Assembly (NCBI GenBank): GCA_964413425.1
Contig: CAYPST010000007.1
Coordinates: 10,987 to 74,986 of the forward strand
DNA: 64,000 nucleotides
From: an uncultured bacterium
GTDB lineage: Bacteria > Fidelibacterota > JAANXI01
Reading direction: 5' to 3'
The translations under genes and the position numbers were made by a program. The notes beneath the pieces were generated by a model. The model was not told the DNA's origin. It did no database searches and was given only the letters and a program-made list of their open reading frames with translations. Shown one piece after another: positions 52,735 to 61,823 of this stretch. The stretch's first letter is position 1. Every line of letters begins with the position of its first letter.

Positions 52735-54513
52735 TTATCCTAGCATAATCGATTCTTCCGGATATTCATAGAGTTGTTTTTGGAGTTTGCTGCCCAGGGC
52801 GATGGCAAAGGCTAACGGACCCACCCGGCCTGTATACATCGTGGCAATGATGATATATTTCCCCAGTGTGGACAGTTCAGGCGTGGCTCCCATGGAAAGG
52901 CCCACTGTCCCGAATGCGGAAAATGATTCAAACAACAGGGCCATGGGATTTTGTGTTTCAACGATAGTCAACAGGACAAAACTGAGAACCACCACGAGCT
53001 GGGATCCCAGGATGAGCAGCAAACTGCGATAGAGCAGGTGACTCGGGATGGTCCGGTGTCGATGTTCAACTGCGGGAAGACCGCGGAGTCTGGCCCACAT
53101 GGCCCGAATCGATAAATAAAAGGTGGTGGTTTTGATTCCGCCTCCGGTGGATCCCGGGCTGGCACCGATAAACATGAGAATCATAATGCCCAGAAGGGCC
53201 GGCAGTGCGAGACTCCCGATATCGATGGTATTAAAACCGGCGGTCCGGGCAGTAATGGACTGGAAAAAACTGTGGAGAATGATCTGATAGTTCACCTGTC
53301 CCATCCCGGTGTGGATAAAGTGAGACCACCAGATCCAGATCGCGCCGGCAAGAATCAGCAGGCCGGAAATCCAGAGAACAATGTGGGTCTGCATCCGGAC
53401 ACGCAGCTGCTTTTTGCCGAACGGTCCGGTTGTACCAAAAAACCGATGGCCGAGCAAGTTAATGAGGACCGGAAAGCCGAGCCCTCCGACAATAATTAAT
53501 CCGGCAAAAACGGCCACCAGCAGCCCGTGGTCTGCAAATTGAACCAGACTATCCGAATACGTGGAAAACCCGGCATTGCAGAACGCTGACACTGCGTGAA
53601 ACAAGGAGTTAAAGAGCCGCCCGCCCCGGGCAATCGCATCCTGCGGGAAGAGATTGTAAAAAGCCACCACCCCTATAGCTTCAAAGAAAATGGTCAGGCC
53701 GAGTATCTGCCACAGGGATTGTCCGATTTTCTCCATACTTTCACCTGCCAGCAGATCCCGCATGACCATTCGTCCGGTGACACTCATCTGGGTGCCCAGG
53801 GCAATAGCGAAAAAGGCTGCCATGGTCATAATGCCCAATCCGCCCGCCTGAATCAGCAGCACAATAATCCAGTGGCCTAAGTGAGAGAAGTAAACCCCGG
53901 TATCCACCGCAATCAATCCCGTCACACAAGTGGCACTGGTGGCCGTAAAGAGTGCATCCACAAAACTGATTTGCTCATAGGCGGTTGCCTTTGGAAGCAA
54001 CAGTAATCCGGTTCCGATGAAAATTATAATCGCAAAACTCCCCAGAAGAATCGTTATCGGTCGGAAATCAGCGAAGACAAACCGCTGTCCGAATTTGACA
54101 GCCGTAAAGAGCGCAGCCAATAAAATGGATACCTGCGTGATGGTGATATACAGTTTGGCGATTTGCCGCATGGGAACCTGCTCGAGATGATCCGCAAAAT
54201 GGACCACCTGCCAGAGAGGATTGTACAGCAAGAGAAACAGGAATAATAACCCGATAAAAGTAAAATCCAGCCGATGGGTCCTGAGCAGTTCGGCCTTATC
54301 GCTCACCAGGAAAAGTTTGGCGATATTGTGGGCGACAAAGTAAAAGAGCACCGAATAGTCGAAATAGTGGAGAATTCGGAAGGTATCTGCCGGAATATAG
54401 AAACCATACTCCATCAACAGTGATACAATCACGCCGATCCCCAGCAGCAGCATGAGGGTATCAAGGAGGTTTATAATCCTCTGGGCCGGAACCGAATTCA
54501 TTGCGGAAGGCAC
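52735..54513 (-). CDS. Ktr/Trk potassium uptake membrane subunit (KtrB/TrkH-like) with an N-terminal extension
   Basis: Four pore motifs: SATCVTGL, SAFCNAGFS, RTAGFN and SAFGTVGLS; also GASPGSTGGGIK. Confidence 0.93.
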   Translation of the reverse strand: MPSAMNSVPAQRIINLLDTLMLLLGIGVIVSLLMEYGFYIPADTFRILHYFDYSVLFYFVAHNIAKLFLVSDKAELLRTHRLDFTFIGLLFLFLLLYNPLWQVVHFADHLEQVPMRQIAKLYITITQVSILLAALFTAVKFGQRFVFADFRPITILLGSFAIIIFIGTGLLLLPKATAYEQISFVDALFTATSATCVTGLIAVDTGVYFSHLGHWIIVLLIQAGGLGIMTMAAFFAIALGTQMSVTGRMVMRDLLAGESMEKIGQSLWQILGLTIFFEAIGVVAFYNLFPQDAIARGGRLFNSLFHAVSAFCNAGFSTYSDSLVQFADHGLLVAVFAGLIIVGGLGFPVLINLLGHRFFGTTGPFGKKQLRVRMQTHIVLWISGLLILAGAIWIWWSHFIHTGMGQVNYQIILHSFFQSITARTAGFNTIDIGSLALPALLGIMILMFIGASPGSTGGGIKTTTFYLSIRAMWARLRGLPAVEHRHRTIPSHLLYRSLLLILGSQLVVVLSFVLLTIVETQNPMALLFESFSAFGTVGLSMGATPELSTLGKYIIIATMYTGRVGPLAFAIALGSKLQKQLYEYPEESIMLG

Positions 54514-54528
54514 CGAAAAAACGGCGGA

Positions 54529-55578
54529 TTACATGGAATGCCGTTCATGGACGGGATCTCTGCTCATGAGATCACGGACGGCTTTAATGGGTTTTTTGTC
54601 GTGGAAAAGTACGTGATATACTTGCTCGGTTATCGGCATGTCCACCTCATATTTCGCAGCCATCTCATGGACCGATTCTGTCGTCCGAACGCCCTCTGCC
54701 ACCATCTTCATCTGACTGAGGATTTCAGAAAGTTTTTTACCCCGGCCGAGTTGTTGGCCCACATGCCGGTTGCGGCTGTGTTGACTGAGACAGGTGACAA
54801 TCAGATCGCCGATGCCCGAGAGTCCTGAGAAGGTGACTTCCCTGGCACCGAGCGCCAGACCGAACCGGGTGATCTCGGCAATTCCCCGGGTCATTAACGC
54901 GGCTTTGGGATTATCGCCGAACGCAAGGCCATCCAGGATTCCGGCAGCAATCGCTATAATATTTTTTACAGAACCGCCAAGCTCGGCCCCGATGATATCC
55001 GTGGTTGTGTAGACGCGAAAGGTGGAGTCATTGAATAACTGCTGAATGGCTTCAGCTGTCTCCAGCGATTCAGAGGCGGCGACCACGGCCGTTGGAATAT
55101 CCTTACTCACTTCCTCGGCATGACTGGGTCCGGTGAGTGTTGCGATTTGGGAGGATTGTATCCCCTCCAGCTCTTCCAGGATCACCTGGCTCATGCGCAA
55201 AAACGTCTCATTTTCGATGCCTTTTGCCACGTTCACAAGATACTCCGGCTGCACCCGGCTTTCATTCATCTGCTGCACCACCGACCGGACTCCATGGGAA
55301 GGCACGGCCATGACTGCAATGGGAATATCTCTCAACTCAGTAAACGATTGCGTGAATTGTACCTGTTCCGGCATTGAAACGCCGGGCAGGTAATCCGTGC
55401 TGCTGCGGTTTTCAAGCAGCTCCCGGAATTCCTGCTCCTCGTACACCCACAAAGTTACCGATTTCCCTTGATTTGCCAATTTCCGGGTCAGGGCCAATCC
55501 CCAGCTTCCGGCTCCGATCACTGCGACACGCTTTTGCACTTCTGTTCCCCTCCTGCACTTATCTGATTTATTTTCCAC
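54529..55578 (-). CDS. gpsA: NAD(P)H-dependent glycerol-3-phosphate dehydrogenase
   Basis: IGAGSWG, GPSHAEEV, KNIIAIAAG, GDLIVTC and SRNR. Confidence 0.97.
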   Translation of the reverse strand: MENKSDKCRRGTEVQKRVAVIGAGSWGLALTRKLANQGKSVTLWVYEEQEFRELLENRSSTDYLPGVSMPEQVQFTQSFTELRDIPIAVMAVPSHGVRSVVQQMNESRVQPEYLVNVAKGIENETFLRMSQVILEELEGIQSSQIATLTGPSHAEEVSKDIPTAVVAASESLETAEAIQQLFNDSTFRVYTTTDIIGAELGGSVKNIIAIAAGILDGLAFGDNPKAALMTRGIAEITRFGLALGAREVTFSGLSGIGDLIVTCLSQHSRNRHVGQQLGRGKKLSEILSQMKMVAEGVRTTESVHEMAAKYEVDMPITEQVYHVLFHDKKPIKAVRDLMSRDPVHERHSM

Positions 55579-56584
55579 TGCCGGAATCCGCCACGATCCG
55601 TCCGATGATCACCGGATGCGACTGATATCGCTCAAAATGATCCAGTATGTTCTCCGCTTCGGAGGCAGGGACGATAACCACCAATCCGATACCGAGATTG
55701 AAGGTACGCCGCATTTCCGCATCGGGAATGTCCCCTGTCTCCCGGATAAGAGTAAAAATTGCCGGGACCTTCCAGGATTCCCAATCCACACGAAGCCGGA
55801 AACCCTCCGGAATGATTCGTGCCGTGTTTCCCAGTAACCCGCCACCGGTGATGTGCGCTATCCCCTTCAAACGAGGGTCCCCGATTAAGGGTTGTATTTC
55901 CCGGAGATACGATTTGTGAATCGATAAGAGTTCCCGGCCGACTGTATTGGATAATCGGTCCACCTGAGCGTTGACATCAAACCGTTCAAGCAGGACTTTT
56001 CTGGCCAGGGTGAATCCGTTGGTATGTAATCCGGTCGACGCCAGTCCGATAGCCACATCTCCTTCTGTAATGTTCTCCCCGTTGATAATATGTTCTCGTT
56101 CCACCACGCCCACAATAGTCCCGGCGATGTCATATTCACCGGGATGATACAAGTCGACCATTTCCGCCAGTTCTCCGCCGATGAGCGCGCAGCCATTTTC
56201 CCTGCAGGCGATGGAAAGCCCCCTTACGACCTCGGCAACGATGCCTTCTTCCATTTTACCCAATCCGATATAGTCGAGAAAAAACAGCGGAATCGCTCCG
56301 CTGGTGAGGATATCGTTGACGCAATGATTTACCAGATCCTGCCCGATAGTGTCGTGGATTCCGGTGAGAAAGGCCAGCTTCAACTTGGTACCAACCCCAT
56401 CCGTCGAGGAAACCAGGATCGGATCAGCGTAATCATCCCTTGGAAATGAAAAAAACCCGCCGAATTGTCCCACATCACTCAAGACATTCGGCGTATAGGT
56501 CGAGCGCACTGCCGCTTTGATACGATCAACCGCGCGTTCTCCCGCTTCAATATCGACTCCGGCTTCTTTGTAAGTCTTGACCAT
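55568..56584 (-). CDS. purM: Phosphoribosylformylglycinamidine cyclo-ligase (AIR synthetase)
   Basis: TYKEAGVDI, STDGVGTKL, GLHTNGFTL and AHITGGG. Confidence 0.98.
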   Translation of the reverse strand: MVKTYKEAGVDIEAGERAVDRIKAAVRSTYTPNVLSDVGQFGGFFSFPRDDYADPILVSSTDGVGTKLKLAFLTGIHDTIGQDLVNHCVNDILTSGAIPLFFLDYIGLGKMEEGIVAEVVRGLSIACRENGCALIGGELAEMVDLYHPGEYDIAGTIVGVVEREHIINGENITEGDVAIGLASTGLHTNGFTLARKVLLERFDVNAQVDRLSNTVGRELLSIHKSYLREIQPLIGDPRLKGIAHITGGGLLGNTARIIPEGFRLRVDWESWKVPAIFTLIRETGDIPDAEMRRTFNLGIGLVVIVPASEAENILDHFERYQSHPVIIGRIVADSGSGK

Positions 56585-56623
56585 ATGAATTCACCCATTT
56601 CTTCACGTATGCATTATATATTT

Positions 56624-56840
56624 GAGAGTGTTTAGAAAACATGAGCCTGATGCACGATGCTAAATTTAACTTATGGTTATTATTTATATAACATATATAC
56701 AAAATGTATTTCGGTATTTAGGCATATATAATTTATTTTTTCTTTGCGTTCTTTGTCCCGAAGGGATCCCGTTGGGGCGGCCTCTGCGATCTTTGTCCCA
56801 TCGTCACGGGATCTCTTCGGGGCGTTTTCTAAATAGACTC
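56624..56840 (-). mobile_element. MITE-like element, copy 4 (168-bp core plus 27- and 22-nt modules)
   Basis: GAGAGTGTTTAGAAAAC ... GTTTTCTAAATAGACTC; both flanks carry ATATTT. Confidence 0.85.
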
Positions 56841-56895
56841 ATATTTACTGAAAGATCAAAATAAAATAGAGAATTTTTGCAGAGATCCGTAGCGG

Positions 56896-56921
56896 TATTC
56901 CAATCTGATATTCCAATCTGA
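56896..56921. repeat. 13-bp perfect tandem duplication TATTCCAATCTGA x2
   Basis: Read directly from the sequence. Confidence 0.8.
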
Positions 56922-57177
56922 TTCGTTACACCCAGACACCGTCAGTGTACAATAATATTTCTTGCCCGAAATTCTATGATGAACGGAGTGGCTTCAAGCA
57001 GATTTGTTCCGGTTGCGATTACCGGATAATGTCGATCGACAGGATGCCGGAGGGTTCTGAAGACAGTTCTGTAAGCACGTCCGGCATATAAGATACGGTC
57101 AATCTGAATTTCTCCGGCACACCCGGCACTGCCATCCGTGGTGAAACCGACAAATCAATGGCTGCATTGCTTTTTAT

Positions 57178-58974
57178 TCAGGAATCCTGGTACATCGATT
57201 CGATCAAGTCATGGTATTCCTCTTCCACAACCCGGCGCTTGATTTTCAGAGTCGGCGTTAGTTCCCCGTTGCCAATTGTAAACTCTCGCGGAATCAAACG
57301 GAATTGTTTCACCTGCTCGTATCTGGCAAAATCCTGAGTCCGTTCTTCGAGTTCCTCCCGGAAGAGCGTATTCACCTCGGTGAGCTGAATGAGTTCCTCC
57401 TGTGTTCCGTAGTAGAGTCTGTGCTTATTCGCCCACTGTTTCAGGTTTTCAAAATTGGGGACGATCAGGGCACTGATGAAATTTCGTCTGTCCCCGATGA
57501 GCAAGATTTGTTCAATATACGGGCTGTTACCCAGGGCGCCTTCGATTGGCTGGGGTGCGACATTTTTTCCTCCCGAGGTCACGATCAGATTCTTCTTGCG
57601 GTCGGTCACACTTAAATAATGTTCTTCATCCAGCATCCCGATATCACCGGTATGGAGCCATCCCTGTTCATCTATTGCTTCTCTGGTGGCCTCCTCCTGT
57701 TTGTAATATCCTTTCATAATGTGAGGTCCGCGGGTCAATATTTCGCCATCTTCAGCGATTGTAACCTCGACATTATAGATGGGCGGCCCCACCGTACCGA
57801 TTTTATATTTGTCCAGCGGATTCACTGCGATAACGGGCGAGGTTTCGGTCAGGCCGTATCCTTCCAGAATAATGATGCCGGCCCGTTCGAAAAAGCGCGC
57901 AATATCAGCCGAAAGGGGTGCCCCGCCGGAAACAAAGAATCGCAGCTTGCCTCCGATTCTCTGATGCAATTTTGAAAACACCAGCCGGTGAGCGAGCGCG
58001 TATCGTAGTTTTGTCAGTGAGGAGATTGCGCCCTCCTTCTTCTGAGCCACATATTTTTCACCGACCCGGAACGCCCACTGGAATATCCGTTTTCGCAATG
58101 CAGAACCCTGTTCCACGGTTTCATTCACCCGCATATACATCTTTTCGTATAATCGCGGCACGCTGGTCATAACCGTCGGGCTCACCTCTCCCATATTTTC
58201 GGGCACGGTTTCAATACTTTCCGCATAATAAATTGCACTGCCGGCAGTGACCGGGAGGAAATGCCCCGCCATTCTCTCAAAGCTATGGCTTAATGGCAGG
58301 AAAGAGAGAAATCGATCCCCCGGGCCAACCTGGATCCGCGCCAGTCCGCCCTCCACGTTGGTGGTGAGGTTGCCATGCGTCAGCATCACGCCCTTCGGCG
58401 CTCCGGTGGTCCCCGAAGTATAAATAATAGTCAGCAAATCCTCAGACGTTAGATTCTTCCAATGATCCTCAAGCTGAAAATTTTCTTTCGCCTGGAATGC
58501 CCTTCCCCGTTGTATGAACTCGTCCCATGTGATCACATACTCTTGATCAAACTCCGCATCCGCATTCATGAGCACGATATATGTGAGCATATCCAGATCA
58601 TCATAGATTTGCAGGAGTTTCTCGACCTGCATGCGGTTTTCTGCAAAGACGGCTTTCACATCACCATCCTGCAGTATATATTTGATCTGTTTTGGGATGA
58701 GCGTCGGATAAACCGGGACAGAGATTGCCGACAGAGAAAGAATGGCATAGTCGGCAAAGGCCCATTTGGGATTATTATCCGACAAGATAGAAACCTTATC
58801 GTTCGCAGTGGTATTCAGTGCTGCAAGACCCTGTGCGGTTTCTCGTACCTGCGTGGCAACATCTCCATAGGAATAGGTAGTCCACCCCGCCGTTGTTTTA
58901 AAATTCAGACAGGGATGATCCCGATACTCTTCCACATTATGCCAGAACATTTCGGGAATTGTTGAGAACGTCAT
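57178..58974 (-). CDS. Long-chain fatty acid--CoA ligase (AMP-binding)
   Basis: IIYTSGTTGAPKG, EGYGLTETSP, WLHTGDIG and GELTPTLKIKR. Confidence 0.95.
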   Translation of the reverse strand: MTFSTIPEMFWHNVEEYRDHPCLNFKTTAGWTTYSYGDVATQVRETAQGLAALNTTANDKVSILSDNNPKWAFADYAILSLSAISVPVYPTLIPKQIKYILQDGDVKAVFAENRMQVEKLLQIYDDLDMLTYIVLMNADAEFDQEYVITWDEFIQRGRAFQAKENFQLEDHWKNLTSEDLLTIIYTSGTTGAPKGVMLTHGNLTTNVEGGLARIQVGPGDRFLSFLPLSHSFERMAGHFLPVTAGSAIYYAESIETVPENMGEVSPTVMTSVPRLYEKMYMRVNETVEQGSALRKRIFQWAFRVGEKYVAQKKEGAISSLTKLRYALAHRLVFSKLHQRIGGKLRFFVSGGAPLSADIARFFERAGIIILEGYGLTETSPVIAVNPLDKYKIGTVGPPIYNVEVTIAEDGEILTRGPHIMKGYYKQEEATREAIDEQGWLHTGDIGMLDEEHYLSVTDRKKNLIVTSGGKNVAPQPIEGALGNSPYIEQILLIGDRRNFISALIVPNFENLKQWANKHRLYYGTQEELIQLTEVNTLFREELEERTQDFARYEQVKQFRLIPREFTIGNGELTPTLKIKRRVVEEEYHDLIESMYQDS

Positions 58975-59055
58975 ATATCGCTCCTGGTAGTTATTGTTCG
59001 GTTACTAAAAGCTCCTTTGAGTTTCTTTTTTCGCTTGCTATATTATTCGTGCTAT

Positions 59056-59141
59056 GCCGAGGTGGTGAAACTGGCAGACGCGCCGGACTCAAAATCCGGT
59101 GGGGTTTACACCCCGTGCGGGTTCGACTCCCGCCCTCGGCA
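59056..59141 (+). tRNA. tRNA-Leu(CAA)
   Basis: GCCGAGG...CCGGA-CTCAAAA-TCCGG, long variable arm GGGGTTTACACCCC, GGTTCGACTCC...CCTCGGCA. Confidence 0.96.
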
Positions 59142-59468
59142 CTGCTCTTTTCCTGTTCTTTTGTTCCTCCCTTTACTCCTCTCTCCAATGTCTATCCCGT
59201 GCTTCAATGTGTTGCCGGGTCTGTGTTCCACCCTCATAATCTTATCCTCTGCAGATGCCGATTCTTGTAGGGTGCGTCACCTGTACAATCTGCCGACTTC
59301 GTCTCTATATCGCAGGTAATGGAAAAGGAATCCTAATAAATTCAGATTACTTTAAGAAATTTTTTCGTGGGTTCCAAGTCAATTTTCATGCCGGGTATTT
59401 TCTCCTCAAGCAGCCTCCATTTTACGAACAGATAACCTCCATCGCAGGAAAGAAATTTCTAACAAGGT

Positions 59469-59729
59469 GAGAGTGTTTAGAAAACATGAGCCTGATACAA
59501 GTTGGCGGACTTGGCCTATGTTTATTATGGAGATAAGATATAAGCACAATGTATGACGCTATTTGGACGGATATATTCTATATTTTCTTTGTCCCAGAGG
59601 GATCTCTTCGAGGCGTTCTTTGTCCCAAAGTTATACCGTTGGGGCGACCTTCGCGATCTTTGTCCCGTCGTCACGGGATCTCTTTGCCGAAGGCATCCCT
59701 TCGGGGCGAGGCGTTTTCTAAATAGACTC
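59469..59729 (-). mobile_element. MITE-like element, copy 5 (168-bp core plus 93 nt of modules)
   Basis: Same TIRs; perfect 8-bp duplication AACAAGGT at 59461-59468 and 59730-59737. Confidence 0.9.
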
Positions 59730-59890
59730 AACAAGGTGTTTTTATTTTGACAGATTTATGAATAATCATTAAACTTGATTTGTTAGAAATTATAATCCAC
59801 TGACAGAAAACCTTTTACTGCAGTGGTAACCGGAACGCAGATGCTTCTCTATCCATTCATTGAATGCAAACTCTGACAAGGAGGAAGAGT

Positions 59891-61225
59891 ATGGCAGAGC
59901 AGGATATCAGAATAACCAGACGTGAATTTCTATCCCGCAGTTCCCAGGCGGCTGCCGGTGTGATCGCCGGAAGTGCACTGCTCCCCTCATTCGTTCAGGG
60001 CTCCCAGGTGCTCGGAGCGAATGATCAGATTAATCTGGCGGTCATCGGTATTCGCGGGCGCGGCGGAAGCCTTGCCCGGGGCTTTGCGGAGAAACAGAAT
60101 GTTCGGGTAAAAACCCTGGTTGACATCGACGAACGAGTATTCCCGGATCGGGTCAAACAAATCCAGGAAATCCAGAATTCCGAACCCGGCACTGAAGTTG
60201 ATATGCGCCGCACCTTTGAGGACCCCGATATTGATGCGGTGGTGATCGCCACACCAAACCACTGGCATTCGCTGGCAACCATCTGGGCCTGTCAGGCCGG
60301 GAAAGATGTGTATGTAGAGAAACCGGGCTCCCATAACGTGTGGGAAGGCCGGAAAATGGTGGAAGCCGCACGTAAATATGATCGGGTCGTGCAGCATGGA
60401 ACCCAGATTCGGAGCAGTGTAGGCATTCAGGAGGCAATACAACATATTCGTGACGGGCTCCTGGGCGAAGTATACATGGCAAGAGGCTTATGTTACCGCT
60501 GGCGCGGTTCCATTGGAAAAGAGCCGATTAAAGCGCCTCCGAAAGAAGTCCATTATGATCTCTGGCTGGGTCCGGCGCAGTACGAACCCTACAGCGAAAA
60601 CCGGGTCCACTATAACTGGCACTGGCAGTGGGAATACGGCAACGGTGACATCGGCAATCAAGGTGTTCATCAGATGGATATCGCCAGATGGGGTCTGGGC
60701 GTCGAGCTGCCCAGCCGGGTAACCTCCATGGGAGGCATGTTTCTCTGGGATGACGATAAGGAAGTTCCCAATGTGATCAACACCTCCTTTCTCTACCCGG
60801 ATGCCGGTGAGAAAGGAAAGATGCTGGTATTCGATACCCGTCCCTGGATGACCAATGACGAAAAAGGCGCCAAAGTCGGCGTAATTTTCTATGGCTCCGA
60901 AGGGTACATGGTGATTGACAGTTACAGTCACTATAAGACCTATCTCGGCCGAGATGAGGAACCGGGGCCGGAAAACGAAGCGGGCGGTGATCACCAGGCT
61001 AATTTCATCGAAGCGATGCGATCACGAAATCGCCATTTGCTGACTGCTGAAATCTACGAGGGGCATCTCTCCTCTGCGCTGTGTCACCTGGGATTGATTG
61101 CCACTCGTCTGAACCGGAACCTGGAGTTTGATCCCGATATCGAGCGGTTCATCGGCAGCGAAGATGCCAACGCTATGTTGAAACGGGACTATCGGGAACC
61201 ATTCGTCGTTCCGGACAAAGTGTAG
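59891..61225 (+). CDS. Tat-exported Gfo/Idh/MocA-family oxidoreductase
   Basis: ITRREFL Tat motif, IGIRGRG, ATPNHWH, YVEKP and GDIGNQGVHQMD; ATG after GAGGA. Confidence 0.93.
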   Translation: MAEQDIRITRREFLSRSSQAAAGVIAGSALLPSFVQGSQVLGANDQINLAVIGIRGRGGSLARGFAEKQNVRVKTLVDIDERVFPDRVKQIQEIQNSEPGTEVDMRRTFEDPDIDAVVIATPNHWHSLATIWACQAGKDVYVEKPGSHNVWEGRKMVEAARKYDRVVQHGTQIRSSVGIQEAIQHIRDGLLGEVYMARGLCYRWRGSIGKEPIKAPPKEVHYDLWLGPAQYEPYSENRVHYNWHWQWEYGNGDIGNQGVHQMDIARWGLGVELPSRVTSMGGMFLWDDDKEVPNVINTSFLYPDAGEKGKMLVFDTRPWMTNDEKGAKVGVIFYGSEGYMVIDSYSHYKTYLGRDEEPGPENEAGGDHQANFIEAMRSRNRHLLTAEIYEGHLSSALCHLGLIATRLNRNLEFDPDIERFIGSEDANAMLKRDYREPFVVPDKV

Positions 61226-61250
61226 TTTCCGGAGAAATGCAGGAGAAAAT

Positions 61251-61286
61251 GCGGCCGGGCCTCTGCAGATGGTCCGGCCGTTTTTT
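61251..61286 (+). terminator. Intrinsic terminator
   Basis: GCGGCCGGGCC / GGTCCGGCCGT stem followed by a T tract, 25 nt after the stop codon. Confidence 0.75.
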
Positions 61287-61322
61287 CATGTCCCTTCGGA
61301 TGCCCCGGAACCCTAAGATACT

Positions 61323-61486
61323 GAGCCCGCTCAGAAAACGTAAAGGTCGCAGAAACCGGTAGAGGACACAAAGTGAAAATACCCTCCTACTCTAAACAAA
61401 TTCAGGCATGTCTGATCAATATATAATGGATCTGTCTGTTGCGGCGAGCATTGTATGTAAATTTCCTGGTTTATTTAGACACTCTC
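61323..61486 (+). mobile_element. MITE-like element, copy 6 (decayed, module-free, 164 bp)
   Basis: GAGCCCGCTCAGAAAAC ... GTTTATTTAGACACTCTC; flanks AAGATACT / AATATGCT match 6/8. Confidence 0.65.
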
Positions 61487-61823
61487 AATATGCTGGACAC
61501 TTATTCTGCCTTCGACATTTCATTCCTGTTTTATGACGCATGTATTATCCGGGGAGTCAAATGAGTTCATTGATGACACATCTGCATTCCGAAGGTAATT
61601 GAGACAATCTGATATTGCCTTTACTGCCGGTGTCTGCTCCGTGGATATATTTTCCAAAACAATGACTTTCAGTGAATTTAACTTTGATTAAAATTTCAGA
61701 TTTCATTACTTTTAGTTTCAGAGGGGATTATTGACTGCAGCATACTATCCATTGCTTCTCATCCAGAAGGATAGATACTGAAGAATAACTAATTGTCAGA
61801 GCAAGTGATAAGGAGGTAAGAAC

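Noticed and set aside
59141-59460. Integrated element at the tRNA-Leu 3' end (also considered for tRNA-Arg and tRNA-Val)
   Set aside because: No integrase and no duplicated tRNA 3' end seen in the window.
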